DNA of 42,253 bases, from sequence record SRR31156797_479; one strand, given 5' to 3'. Of this stretch, positions 17,255-26,481 are shown piece after piece (positions within the stretch are counted from its first letter, which is position 1; every line of letters begins with the position of its first letter). Under the pieces are notes generated by a model. The model was not told the origin of the DNA and made no database searches. It saw nothing but the letters and a program-made list of their open reading frames with translations. The position numbers were made by a program, and so were the translations under genes.

Positions 17255-18124
17255 TTATAACAAACGAAAACTTTCTTCTTTAAGGGTAAGGGTCCCGCTG
17301 ATGGCGCTGTCTATAGTTGCAAGCATGGCTTCCTTGTTTTTAGGGAGTCGACCACTGAGGGAAAAATAATTAGATGCGTGGTTGGCTTGAAATTGGGCCT
17401 TGATCAGTTCAATTCCAGAGAGCATCATGCGCAATTCACAAAACAACTGCTCCTGATTAAGAGGGCGGAAACGTCCAGCCCGCAATGCCTTATAAAGAGG
17501 CGTGTTATCCAGTATCATCAGGGTGAGAACGGCTATCTGGTTTGGTTTCATCTGGTTAAGAACTGCTGCTGTGGCTTGAGCATGATCATAAGATGCTGCG
17601 ACTCCAGCAATACCAAGCAGGCAGGTAACAGAAAGAAACATCCCGGCTTTTCGAATACGTTTGCCTGACATTATCATCTGTGAACTATCTGCCCCTTTCG
17701 CAATTTTATGCAAGGTGGGATCATGACCACTTTCCAGTCCCATATAAATACGGCTCAAGCCTAACTCTCTATATTGACAGAGCTGCTGATCACTTTTTCC
17801 TTCTATATTATGACTGTTAGCATAAGATGCAATCCGTCTCACCCAAGGAAGCATTTGCCGAATGGTGGTAAGAAGCCGTACTATTTGTTCATGCGGCATG
17901 GCAAGGGCATCACCATCAGCAAGAAAAACTGTTTTTTGCCGCGTGCAGCATCTTGCGGCAAATTTCAGATCGTTTTCAATGATGGACCATTGCTTAACCC
18001 CATAACTTTTATCACGATAAGCACCACAGAAGGTGCAGTGATTATGTGAGCACCCAGTAGTGACTTGCAGAATAATCGAATTTGCCTCACTGGGGGGACG
18101 TATGATATCGCCCTGATAATCCAT
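17255..18124 (-). CDS. Radical SAM protein of unknown function
   Basis: IRPPSEA.S..LQVT.GCSHNHCTFC, FLADGDAL, YMGLESG and NHASNY motifs. Confidence 0.88.
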   Translation of the reverse strand: MDYQGDIIRPPSEANSIILQVTTGCSHNHCTFCGAYRDKSYGVKQWSIIENDLKFAARCCTRQKTVFLADGDALAMPHEQIVRLLTTIRQMLPWVRRIASYANSHNIEGKSDQQLCQYRELGLSRIYMGLESGHDPTLHKIAKGADSSQMIMSGKRIRKAGMFLSVTCLLGIAGVAASYDHAQATAAVLNQMKPNQIAVLTLMILDNTPLYKALRAGRFRPLNQEQLFCELRMMLSGIELIKAQFQANHASNYFSLSGRLPKNKEAMLATIDSAISGTLTLKEESFRLL

Positions 18125-18224
18125 AATTTGCGTTGTTTTAGTAACAGGAAGATCCGTTCTGTAACATTATAATAAACGGTCCAGGAAACCTCTGGCAAGA
18201 GGAGTAGGGGAACACCAGGGAAGG

Positions 18225-18260
18225 GGATGTATCCCCGCTTATCTTTTCGGGGATACATCC
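18225..18260. other. Stem-loop immediately downstream of serC
   Basis: 13-bp perfect inverted repeat GGATGTATCCCCG/CGGGGATACATCC. No U-tract on the minus strand, so it may be a stabiliser or weak terminator. Confidence 0.6.
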
Positions 18261-18270
18261 ATTCTTTTTG

Positions 18271-19353
18271 CTATCCGTTATTTTTGGCAAAATCTGCCAT
18301 GAAATCTACTAGTTTCTCAACACCTTGGCGTGGAAAGGCATTATAAATAGATGCCCGGCACCCACCTATAGATCGGTGGCCTTTTAAGCCATCCAGGCCA
18401 ACAACAGCCGCTTCAGCTATAAACTGAGCTTCCAGTTCAGGAGTTGGCAGGTTAAATGCGACATTCATCAGAGATCTGGACGAAATTTCAGCATGACCAC
18501 GATAAAAATCAGTACTATCTATGGCAGAATATAATAAAGCTGCCTTATCCTGGTTCATTTTCTCTATTCCAGGAATGCCACCAAGTTCCTTCAACCAATT
18601 CATAACCCTGCCGACACAGTAAATAGGAAAACAAGGAGGGGTGTTGAACATGGAATCCTTATCTGCATGGGTCTTGTACTTGAGCATGGTCGGAACAGTT
18701 TCAGCTGCACGGTCAAGCAGGTCTTCACGAATAATTACCAATGTTACTCCGGCAGGCCCCATGTTTTTCTGAGCGCCGGCAAAAATAATCCCATACTTGG
18801 ATACATCGACAGGTCGAGAAAAGATATCTGATGACATGTCTGCAATCAGTAAAGCATCCTTATCTGGCGCTGTAGGAAACTGGGTACCGTAAATTGTGTT
18901 ATTAGTGACATAATAGAGATACTCACTCTGCTCGTCCACTGTATATTCGCTATCTGTTGGAACACGATTAAAAGACAGTTCTTCACTGGAATAGGCAACG
19001 TCAATATCTCCAAAAAGCTTTGCTTCTTTAATCGCTTTTTTGGACCAGGTGCCGGTATTCAAATAAGTAGCTTTCTTTCCTGAACTCAGCAGATTCATGG
19101 GGATCATAAAAAACTGAGAAGACGCTCCACCCTGAAGAAAGAGTACCTTATAATTATCTGGGACCCCCAAGAGTTCTCTTACCAGGCGGTCTGTCTCATC
19201 AGCAATAGCCATAAACTCTTTTGAGCGATGGCTCAATTCGATAAGGCCAATCCCCTTGTCGTTGTAATTGACAATATCAGCAGATGCTTCCTGCAGCACA
19301 GAATAGGGCAGGGTAGCTGGCCCTGGGCTGAAATTATATATTCTATCAGGCAT
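18271..19353 (-). CDS. serC: 3-phosphoserine/phosphohydroxythreonine aminotransferase
   Basis: YNFSPGPA, SHRS, LFLQGGAS, DMSS, GAQKNMGPAG (PLP Lys), NTPP and GHRSIGGCRASIYNA motifs. Confidence 0.97.
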   Translation of the reverse strand: MPDRIYNFSPGPATLPYSVLQEASADIVNYNDKGIGLIELSHRSKEFMAIADETDRLVRELLGVPDNYKVLFLQGGASSQFFMIPMNLLSSGKKATYLNTGTWSKKAIKEAKLFGDIDVAYSSEELSFNRVPTDSEYTVDEQSEYLYYVTNNTIYGTQFPTAPDKDALLIADMSSDIFSRPVDVSKYGIIFAGAQKNMGPAGVTLVIIREDLLDRAAETVPTMLKYKTHADKDSMFNTPPCFPIYCVGRVMNWLKELGGIPGIEKMNQDKAALLYSAIDSTDFYRGHAEISSRSLMNVAFNLPTPELEAQFIAEAAVVGLDGLKGHRSIGGCRASIYNAFPRQGVEKLVDFMADFAKNNG

Positions 19354-19425
19354 GGTGTTCTCCTTATAAAAAAATGATGACGAACAGAAAGGGTAAAGCT
19401 AGTACAGTTCGATTTCCGGCAAGCC

Positions 19426-19887
19426 CTACTGATGGTGAATTTGCCGAATTGCTTCGTACAGGACAATACCGGCGGTCATTGCCAGATTAAGACTGCGGAT
19501 CCGGGAATTACTCATCGGGATTGTATAACAACGGTCATGGTACAGTGCAAGAATTTCTTCCGGAACTCCTTTTGTTTCCTTGCCAAAAATCAACTTAGCC
19601 CCTTCTGGAAAAACAGCTTCAGTATATGGCCGGTCAACCTTAGTGGTCAGAAAAAACAACTCACTCTCATCCTGTTCTTGAAGAAATGTATCCAGATCAG
19701 GCCAGTGATTAATGTTGACATATTGCCAGTAATCAAGCCCTGCCCTTTTAAGATGCTTGTCATCCACACTAAATCCTAGCGGATGGATAAGATCGAGCAC
19801 TGCATCCGTTGCACCGCATAACCTGGCTATAGATCCAGTATTTGGCGGTATTTCAGGTTCAACCAAGACGATATGTAACGGTTTCAT
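19426..19887 (-). CDS. trmL: tRNA (cytidine(34)-2'-O)-methyltransferase
   Basis: PEIPPNTG.IARLC, LKRAGLDYW, FGKETKG and IPM...RSLNLA SPOUT motifs. Confidence 0.95.
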   Translation of the reverse strand: MKPLHIVLVEPEIPPNTGSIARLCGATDAVLDLIHPLGFSVDDKHLKRAGLDYWQYVNINHWPDLDTFLQEQDESELFFLTTKVDRPYTEAVFPEGAKLIFGKETKGVPEEILALYHDRCYTIPMSNSRIRSLNLAMTAGIVLYEAIRQIHHQ

Positions 19888-20275
19888 AATCCTTTCCAGC
19901 GAGGTTGGCGATAACAGTTAAGGACACGTTTGTACATGATAATGATTGAGGTTGCAAATTTAAAAAATCGTCTTACATTCATGTGTTCCTTTTAAGATGC
20001 TGGCCTGAAGTTTGTTGAGAAAACAATTCACTCGCAAGGGATACCTTATTATTCTGTATGGTTTGTCCGAAATTTCACCCAACGTACAGGAAATCATCTG
20101 TTAGGCGATAAACCCTAAAAGCATCATGGAAAAAACGTTTCTCTCTTTTTTTACAATGTCAAACAAAATAAGTATCTCGAAATAGGACCATGTACCAACA
20201 GGGCATTACAGCAAGATGTGTTACGCCGTCATAGAGTTATAATAAATTGAATATTTCTGTTGCACAGGTAGATAA

Positions 20276-21517
20276 ATGGCGCTCATAGTTCAAAAATTCG
20301 GCGGCACCTCAGTGGGGTCCGTTGAAAAAATCCAGGCAGTTGCAGACAGAGTTATTGCTGAGCATAAAAAAGGCAATCAGATGGTTGTTGTTCTCTCGGC
20401 AATGTCCGGAGAAACAGACCGGTTAACAGGGCTTGCTCAAGCTATCCAGAGTCGTCCCAGTAGTCGAGAGATGGACATGTTGCTTTCAACAGGCGAACAA
20501 GTGACGATTTCTCTGCTTGCGATGGCTGTTCAAGAAAGGGGCGTGGACGCTATAGCATTGCTTGGCGATCAAGTCTCAATTCATACCGACTCCATCCACA
20601 CCAAAGCACGTATTAAAAACATTGATTCTCAGATGATAAATGAACACCTTAACAATGGTAAAATAGTTACTATTGCCGGATTTCAGGGAGTGGATGATCA
20701 GGGCGACATCACAACACTTGGTCGAGGAGGTTCAGATACAACAGCTGTTGCCCTTGCTGCAGCTCTTGAAGCTGATGCCTGTGAGATATTTACCGATGTT
20801 GAAGGGGTCTACACGACTGACCCAAACATCTGCACTAAAGCACGAAAAATCAACAGAATTTGCTATGACGAAATGTTAGAACTTGCCAGCCTTGGGGCCA
20901 AGGTTCTTGACATCAGAGCTGTTGGCCTTGCAAAAAAATACAAGGTCCCGGTTCATGTTCGATCTACTTTTACTGATACTATTGGCACCTGGGTGGTTGA
21001 TGAGGATAAAATTATGGAATCACTGCTAGTTTCCGGCATTACATACAACAAAAATGAAGCTAGAATAACTATTAAGAAAGTACCGGATCGCCCCGGAACT
21101 GCATCACAAGTTTTCCTGCCAATTTCTGATGCAGAAATACTGGTCGATATGATTATCCAAAATACCCGTGACGGTCACCTCACAGACATGACCTTCACGG
21201 TAATGCGCAATGATTATGAACGGGCCATGGAAATCGTAAGCGAAATTGCTAAAGATATTGGTGCAGGTTCCGTTACAGGTGATCAGCATATCGCCAAGGT
21301 GTCCATCGTGGGCGTCGGCATGAGAAACCATTCTGGTATTGCTTCAACAATGTTTCATATCCTCTCGAAAGAAGGGATAAACATGATGATGGTGTCGACT
21401 TCAGAGATCAAGGTCTCCTGTATTATCGACGAAAAATACACAGAGCTTGCCGTTCGGGCATTACACGATGCGTTTGCCCTTGAAAAAGATAACATGCCGC
21501 TTGAGGAAAACAACTGA
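20276..21517 (+). CDS. lysC: Aspartate kinase
   Basis: VQKFGGTSV, TTLGRGGSDTTA and TDVEGVYTTDP motifs; two C-terminal ACT domains. Confidence 0.96.
   Translation: MALIVQKFGGTSVGSVEKIQAVADRVIAEHKKGNQMVVVLSAMSGETDRLTGLAQAIQSRPSSREMDMLLSTGEQVTISLLAMAVQERGVDAIALLGDQVSIHTDSIHTKARIKNIDSQMINEHLNNGKIVTIAGFQGVDDQGDITTLGRGGSDTTAVALAAALEADACEIFTDVEGVYTTDPNICTKARKINRICYDEMLELASLGAKVLDIRAVGLAKKYKVPVHVRSTFTDTIGTWVVDEDKIMESLLVSGITYNKNEARITIKKVPDRPGTASQVFLPISDAEILVDMIIQNTRDGHLTDMTFTVMRNDYERAMEIVSEIAKDIGAGSVTGDQHIAKVSIVGVGMRNHSGIASTMFHILSKEGINMMMVSTSEIKVSCIIDEKYTELAVRALHDAFALEKDNMPLEENN
21014..21517 (+). CDS. Probable in-frame nested aspartate kinase beta subunit
   Basis: GAGGA (21002-21006) lies 7 nt before the in-frame ATG (Met247) at the kinase/ACT boundary, as in alpha2beta2 aspartate kinases. 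Confidence 0.55.
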   Translation: MESLLVSGITYNKNEARITIKKVPDRPGTASQVFLPISDAEILVDMIIQNTRDGHLTDMTFTVMRNDYERAMEIVSEIAKDIGAGSVTGDQHIAKVSIVGVGMRNHSGIASTMFHILSKEGINMMMVSTSEIKVSCIIDEKYTELAVRALHDAFALEKDNMPLEENN

Positions 21518-21521
21518 CTCT

Positions 21522-23117
21522 ATGAGTAGATCCTTAGAAATTTACGACACGACCTTAAGGGATGGAACCCAAGCAGAGAACTTTAACCTTTCGGTGGACG
21601 ATAAAGTAAAAATATCCAAACAGCTTGATCGGTTGGGTGTCGATTTTATTGAAGGGGGTTGGCCGGGTTCTAATCCTCTTGCCATAGACTTTTTTCGCAA
21701 AATGCAGACGGTTGAGCTCAACCATGCCAAATTAGCTGCCTTCGGCTCTACTCGTCATTTCCAGAACAGGCCTGAACAGGACCAAAACCTGTTGGCGTTA
21801 GTTGATGCAAAAACTCCTGCTATCACTATTTTTGGAAAAAGCTGGGATATTCACGTCACTGAGGCCTTACGAATCAGACTGGAAGACAACCTCCAGATCA
21901 TCGAAGATTCTTTAGCCTTTTTACGGCCGCAGGTCCAGCACCTTATCTATGATGCCGAACATTTTTTCGACGGCTTTAAGAATAATGTAGAGTACTGCCT
22001 TTCAACTATAGGAAGTGCTGTTAAAGGTGGTGCAGAAACCATTGTCCTTTGCGATACCAACGGGGGAACTTTGCCCCACGAGATCCCTGCAATCATCAGC
22101 AAAGTAAAGGAATATCTTGCAGAGCTTGGGTCACAGGTGAAACTTGGCATTCATTCTCACAATGATTCTGAGACAGCTGTTGCAAATGCATTGATCAGCG
22201 TTAATCTCGGTATAGACCAGGTTCAGGGAACCATCAACGGTTTTGGGGAACGATGCGGCAACAGTAATTTGACCTCCATCATCCCTGCTCTAGTCTTTAA
22301 AATGGGAATGGACTGCGAGGTAAAAAATAATATAGATCAACTCTGCACCACGTCACGCCTGGTAGATGAACTTGCAAATCTTCCTCACGATCAGTACCAA
22401 CCCTATGTCGGCGAATCTGCTTTTGCGCACAAAGGTGGAATTCACGTCAGCGCAGTCCAGAGGAATCCATTAACCTACGAGCATATAAAACCTGAGAAAG
22501 TAGGTAATATACGAAGGGTCCTTATTTCAGATCAGGCAGGCCGGGCAAATATCATGTCCAAGGCGAAAAAATATGGTATCCCCCTGGAGTCAAATGACCC
22601 ATTGATGTCCTCTATTATCAACGAACTTAAAGAACGTGAAAATAAAGGGTACCAGTATGAGGCGGCTGAAGCAAGTTTTGAGCTTTTAATGCGCCGCGCA
22701 TTAGGCCTGCAGCGTAAGTTCTTTAAGTTAGAAGCATTCAGGGTTATGAACCACCGTTACAGCATGGGCAGGCCACCTGTCACTGAAGCCACTATCAGGT
22801 TACATGTTGGTGGTAGCGAGGTTCACACTGCCGCCTTGGGGGATGGACCAGTCAATGCTCTTGACAAGGCACTTAGAAAAGCGTTAACTCGCTTTTACCC
22901 CAGCTTAAACGACATGGAACTTGTAGATTACAAAGTGAGAGTATTGACTGGAGAATATGGTACCGGAGCTCAAGTACGCGTCTTGGTAGACAGCAAAGAT
23001 GCCGTAAACCGGTGGGGGACTGTTGGTGTTTCAGTAAACATCATTGAAGCCAGTTGGCAGGCACTGGTTGACAGTATCAATTACAAACTGCTTAAGGATG
23101 ACAAAGCAAAAAGGTAG
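21522..23117 (+). CDS. cimA: Citramalate synthase
   Basis: YDTTLRDGTQ, EGGWPGSNP, YDAEHFFDG, LCDTNGG, GIHSHND, GERCGN and AFAHKGGIH motifs; follows lysC. Confidence 0.92.
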   Translation: MSRSLEIYDTTLRDGTQAENFNLSVDDKVKISKQLDRLGVDFIEGGWPGSNPLAIDFFRKMQTVELNHAKLAAFGSTRHFQNRPEQDQNLLALVDAKTPAITIFGKSWDIHVTEALRIRLEDNLQIIEDSLAFLRPQVQHLIYDAEHFFDGFKNNVEYCLSTIGSAVKGGAETIVLCDTNGGTLPHEIPAIISKVKEYLAELGSQVKLGIHSHNDSETAVANALISVNLGIDQVQGTINGFGERCGNSNLTSIIPALVFKMGMDCEVKNNIDQLCTTSRLVDELANLPHDQYQPYVGESAFAHKGGIHVSAVQRNPLTYEHIKPEKVGNIRRVLISDQAGRANIMSKAKKYGIPLESNDPLMSSIINELKERENKGYQYEAAEASFELLMRRALGLQRKFFKLEAFRVMNHRYSMGRPPVTEATIRLHVGGSEVHTAALGDGPVNALDKALRKALTRFYPSLNDMELVDYKVRVLTGEYGTGAQVRVLVDSKDAVNRWGTVGVSVNIIEASWQALVDSINYKLLKDDKAKR

Positions 23118-23127
23118 CGCCGGTGGT

Positions 23128-23619
23128 GTGAACGCACTCGAATATCACTCTAGAGACAAGCGTGTGCTTGTCCTTTTGTTTTTTGGAGGCCTGCTTTTCT
23201 TCTTCCCATGGTTTTACCAGCAACCAGTTGTGCCAACCCAGAAAAATCAATATATACATGATGGGCAGTACCTTTTCGTACAACGTCTTGGAGCCATAGA
23301 AACAGATAAACCGCTCCCTGATATTGGATCACTGAGGCGTGTTGACACCCACCACGTAAATGCTATGACTGCTGTCGCGGGCCAACCGATTTCCCCTGCA
23401 GTGTTGAGTCACTTTTTTAACCTTGGATTTCCCTTAAACATGGCAACAGCTGAAGAATTAGAACTTTTACCAGGTATAGGCCCAAATCTTGCCCGCGAGA
23501 TTTACATCCATCGGCAGCAATTTGGGAACTTTACGTCCATCCATGAGCTGCTTGTAATTCCAGGTATTGGTGAAAAAACTCTACATAAACTGCAACCGCT
23601 GCTTGATTTCAGCCAATGA
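23128..23619 (+). CDS. comEA: ComEA-family helix-hairpin-helix DNA-binding protein
   Basis: N-terminal TM segment; LNMATAEELELLPGIGP..A and IPGIGEKT HhH motifs. Start uncertain (ATG at 23098 or GTG at 23128). Confidence 0.82.
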   Translation: MNALEYHSRDKRVLVLLFFGGLLFFFPWFYQQPVVPTQKNQYIHDGQYLFVQRLGAIETDKPLPDIGSLRRVDTHHVNAMTAVAGQPISPAVLSHFFNLGFPLNMATAEELELLPGIGPNLAREIYIHRQQFGNFTSIHELLVIPGIGEKTLHKLQPLLDFSQ

Positions 23620-24572
23620 GAGAAAAACAGCAAATCATTACAGCACCCGTTCTTGTCCTTGTTGGCCCGACAGCCATTGGCAAAACATTACTTTCTCTCA
23701 AGATAGCAGAGCAGTTCCAATGTGAAATTATCTCCATGGATTCGATGCAGGTCTATCGACATATGGATATAGGCACTGCCAAGGCGTCTCCTGAGGAAAG
23801 GAAACTTGTCCCGCATTATCTCATTGATATCTGTGACCCTGACCAGCAATATAATGCTGCCCGATTTGTGAGCGACGCACTGGAAGCTATTAATGATATT
23901 ACTGCACGTGGTAAGGTGCCGTTGATTACCGGTGGAACAGGTCTCTATCTTTCAGCACTCCTTAATGGGTTATTTTCTGAAGTTGCTGTAAAGGAAACTG
24001 TGCGACTGGAAGTTCACAAACAATACGAGGAAAAGGGGAGGGAAGCAGCATATGCTGAACTGCTACAGGTAGACCCGGTTGCTGCTGAGCGTATACATAT
24101 AAACGACACCCAGCGTCTCCTCAGAGGGCTTGAGATTTTCCACAGTACTGGTATTCCCTGGTCCGATCACCTGGAATCCCAAAAGCAGCAGCAACCGTCA
24201 TTATCTTTCAAACACCTGCTCGTCATGGGATTAACCTGTGATAGGCCAATACTGTACCAGCGTATAGAAAAGAGGGCAGGGATGATGATGAGATCTGGAC
24301 TTATAGAAGAAGTAGAAAAACTCCAAAAAATGGGCTTTGACGGGCAGCTTCCATCTATGCAGGCAATAGGCTACCGACACGCAGTGCAATATCTCAATGG
24401 AGTTAAACCCCTTGACCTGATAAGTAAAGAGCTTGTTCGTGATACCAGGAGATATGCAAAACGGCAAATGACGTGGTTTAAAAAACAGAGGCAGCTGAAG
24501 TGGTACGAGCAAGGTGATGACGCTCCTGTTATAATTGATATTAAGCGCATGATTAAAAAAGCGCAGGAGTAA
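23616..24572 (+). CDS. miaA: tRNA (adenosine(37)-N6)-dimethylallyltransferase
   Basis: GPTAIGKT, DSMQVYRHMDIGTAK, GGTGLY and TRRYAKRQMTWF motifs. Confidence 0.97.
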   Translation: MREKQQIITAPVLVLVGPTAIGKTLLSLKIAEQFQCEIISMDSMQVYRHMDIGTAKASPEERKLVPHYLIDICDPDQQYNAARFVSDALEAINDITARGKVPLITGGTGLYLSALLNGLFSEVAVKETVRLEVHKQYEEKGREAAYAELLQVDPVAAERIHINDTQRLLRGLEIFHSTGIPWSDHLESQKQQQPSLSFKHLLVMGLTCDRPILYQRIEKRAGMMMRSGLIEEVEKLQKMGFDGQLPSMQAIGYRHAVQYLNGVKPLDLISKELVRDTRRYAKRQMTWFKKQRQLKWYEQGDDAPVIIDIKRMIKKAQE

Positions 24573-24576
24573 CATT

Positions 24577-26349
24577 TTGTCAGACAGCCCACCATTGCAT
24601 AAGAGTCCCGTTACACGCAATAAAGATGAAGGGTACCTTCACCTTGCAGGTAAATTCAACCTTCCGCTCCCCCTTGCAACTATCTTGTATAACCGTGGTT
24701 TTAGAGCAGATGAAACCATAGAGGATTTTCTTTACCCAAATTTTTCCAACCTGCCGAAACCTGATCAAATGTTTGGGATGGCAGACGCGGTTGCATGTAT
24801 TGAAAATGCATACGAAAAATCAAAACAAATTATAATCCATGGGGACTACGATGTAGATGGTGTGACAGCTACCACACTGCTGGTGAAATTTTTTCAAGAA
24901 ATTGGCCTGGAGACCAGCTATTACATTCCCAATCGGCTCACGGATCATTACGGATTTACGACAAATTCCGTCGACAGTATAAAGGCACAAATCGGTGAGG
25001 ACCCAGCACTTTTGGTCACTGTTGATTGCGGCATTACAGCCAATGATACAGTTGAATACGCCAGGGAAAGAGGTTTGGAAGTCATCATCACAGATCACCA
25101 CGAACCAGCAGACATTGTCCCTGATGCCGCAGCTGTTATCAATCCTAAACAAAAACAGTGCTCTTTCCCTTTCAAAGAACTATCAGGAGTAGGGGTAGCT
25201 TTCTTTTTCGTAGCAGCTGTTCGCAGGGCGCTGATTGAAAAGGGCTTTTGGAAAACCACTGCTGCCATACCGAACCTCAAACAGTACCTTGATCTGGTAG
25301 CTTTAGGGACGATAGCAGATGTCATGCCGCTTGAAGGTACAAACAGGATACTTGTGCGAGCTGGCTTGGAAGTACTCAACCGGAAAAGACGGCTTGGAAT
25401 TTTCACGCTCGCTGAACAGTGTGGAATGTACCAAGCTGATATCATTCAAGCCGAAGATGTCTCCTTTAAGCTGGCACCCCGCATTAATGCTGCAGGCAGA
25501 ATGGGGGAAACTGAGTATGCGATCAAGCTATTGCTCACAGATGAAATGGCTGTTGCAAAACAATCTGCCAACAAACTTGAGAAGCTTAATTCTACCCGCA
25601 AAGATCTTGAACGCGGTGTTTTGGAAGATATTTTTTTAGAATGTGAAGCACTGAAAAAAGAAGGAGCGTTCGCACTCACCATCTTTCATAAATCCTGCCA
25701 TCCTGGAATTCTTGGCATTATAGCTTCCCGTATTGTTGATAAATTTGATTGCCCAGCCATTGTTGTCACCATGGAACACCCCGACAATAGTGAAAGCTGT
25801 ATCCTCAAAGGATCAGGAAGATCCATCGAAGGTGTAAATATATACCAAAAGTTAGGGTTATGCAGCCAACATCTTGAGCAATTTGGAGGGCACCCTATGG
25901 CCATTGGCGTCACTTTACAGCAAGATTCATTTCCAGCTTTCCGTGCAGCCTTTGACCATTGCTGCTCCGAAGGAGATACACTTTTAAATTCACGCCAGGT
26001 CCAGGTAGATTACCAGCTCAATGCTGATGACCTCTCATCTGATACATTGCTTGCCAAATTGCAGCTTTTTCAGCCTTTTGGAGAGGCAAATCCAGAGCCC
26101 TTATTTATCCTCAAACAGGTCCGTCTTAAAAGTGTGATGGATGTAAGCGGCCATTTAAAGTTCTCGTTAGCAACTGCAGGCAATAACCCTATTAATGGTA
26201 TTGGGTTCTATTTGGCAGAAAAAATTCCAATTGCTAAGGAAGGGCCTGTAGATATAACCTTTAAACTCAAACGTTCATCCTACAGAGGAGTGCAGCGAAA
26301 GGAAATCCAGCTAATCGACCTTTGTAAAGCAAGCCAGGCGGAAATTTAA
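24577..26349 (+). CDS. recJ: Single-stranded-DNA-specific exonuclease RecJ
   Basis: HGDYDVDG, TVDCG, TDHH, LGTIADV, LAPRINAAGR, GSGRS and FGGH motifs. Confidence 0.96.
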   Translation: MSDSPPLHKSPVTRNKDEGYLHLAGKFNLPLPLATILYNRGFRADETIEDFLYPNFSNLPKPDQMFGMADAVACIENAYEKSKQIIIHGDYDVDGVTATTLLVKFFQEIGLETSYYIPNRLTDHYGFTTNSVDSIKAQIGEDPALLVTVDCGITANDTVEYARERGLEVIITDHHEPADIVPDAAAVINPKQKQCSFPFKELSGVGVAFFFVAAVRRALIEKGFWKTTAAIPNLKQYLDLVALGTIADVMPLEGTNRILVRAGLEVLNRKRRLGIFTLAEQCGMYQADIIQAEDVSFKLAPRINAAGRMGETEYAIKLLLTDEMAVAKQSANKLEKLNSTRKDLERGVLEDIFLECEALKKEGAFALTIFHKSCHPGILGIIASRIVDKFDCPAIVVTMEHPDNSESCILKGSGRSIEGVNIYQKLGLCSQHLEQFGGHPMAIGVTLQQDSFPAFRAAFDHCCSEGDTLLNSRQVQVDYQLNADDLSSDTLLAKLQLFQPFGEANPEPLFILKQVRLKSVMDVSGHLKFSLATAGNNPINGIGFYLAEKIPIAKEGPVDITFKLKRSSYRGVQRKEIQLIDLCKASQAEI

Positions 26350-26371
26350 CATAATATATATTATGCGACAT
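26344..26371 (-). other. dif: dif site (XerC/XerD chromosome dimer resolution site)
   Basis: Minus strand reads ATGTCGCATAA-TATATA-TTATGTTAAAT, versus E. coli dif GGTGCGCATAA-TGTATA-TTATGTTAAAT. The XerD arm is identical. Confidence 0.9.
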
Positions 26372-26481
26372 TGCGTGGTCTTGTAACATGCCACCAGCAT
26401 TCCACATTTACAATTCAACTTAACTACAGAAAAACAAGGCTCTAGTAAACGCCTTTAAATATAAATAAACACAGGATCGCT

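Noticed and set aside
19888-20275. Possible lysine riboswitch upstream of lysC
   Set aside because: No L-box consensus or extended pairing visible; looks like an AT-rich divergent promoter region.
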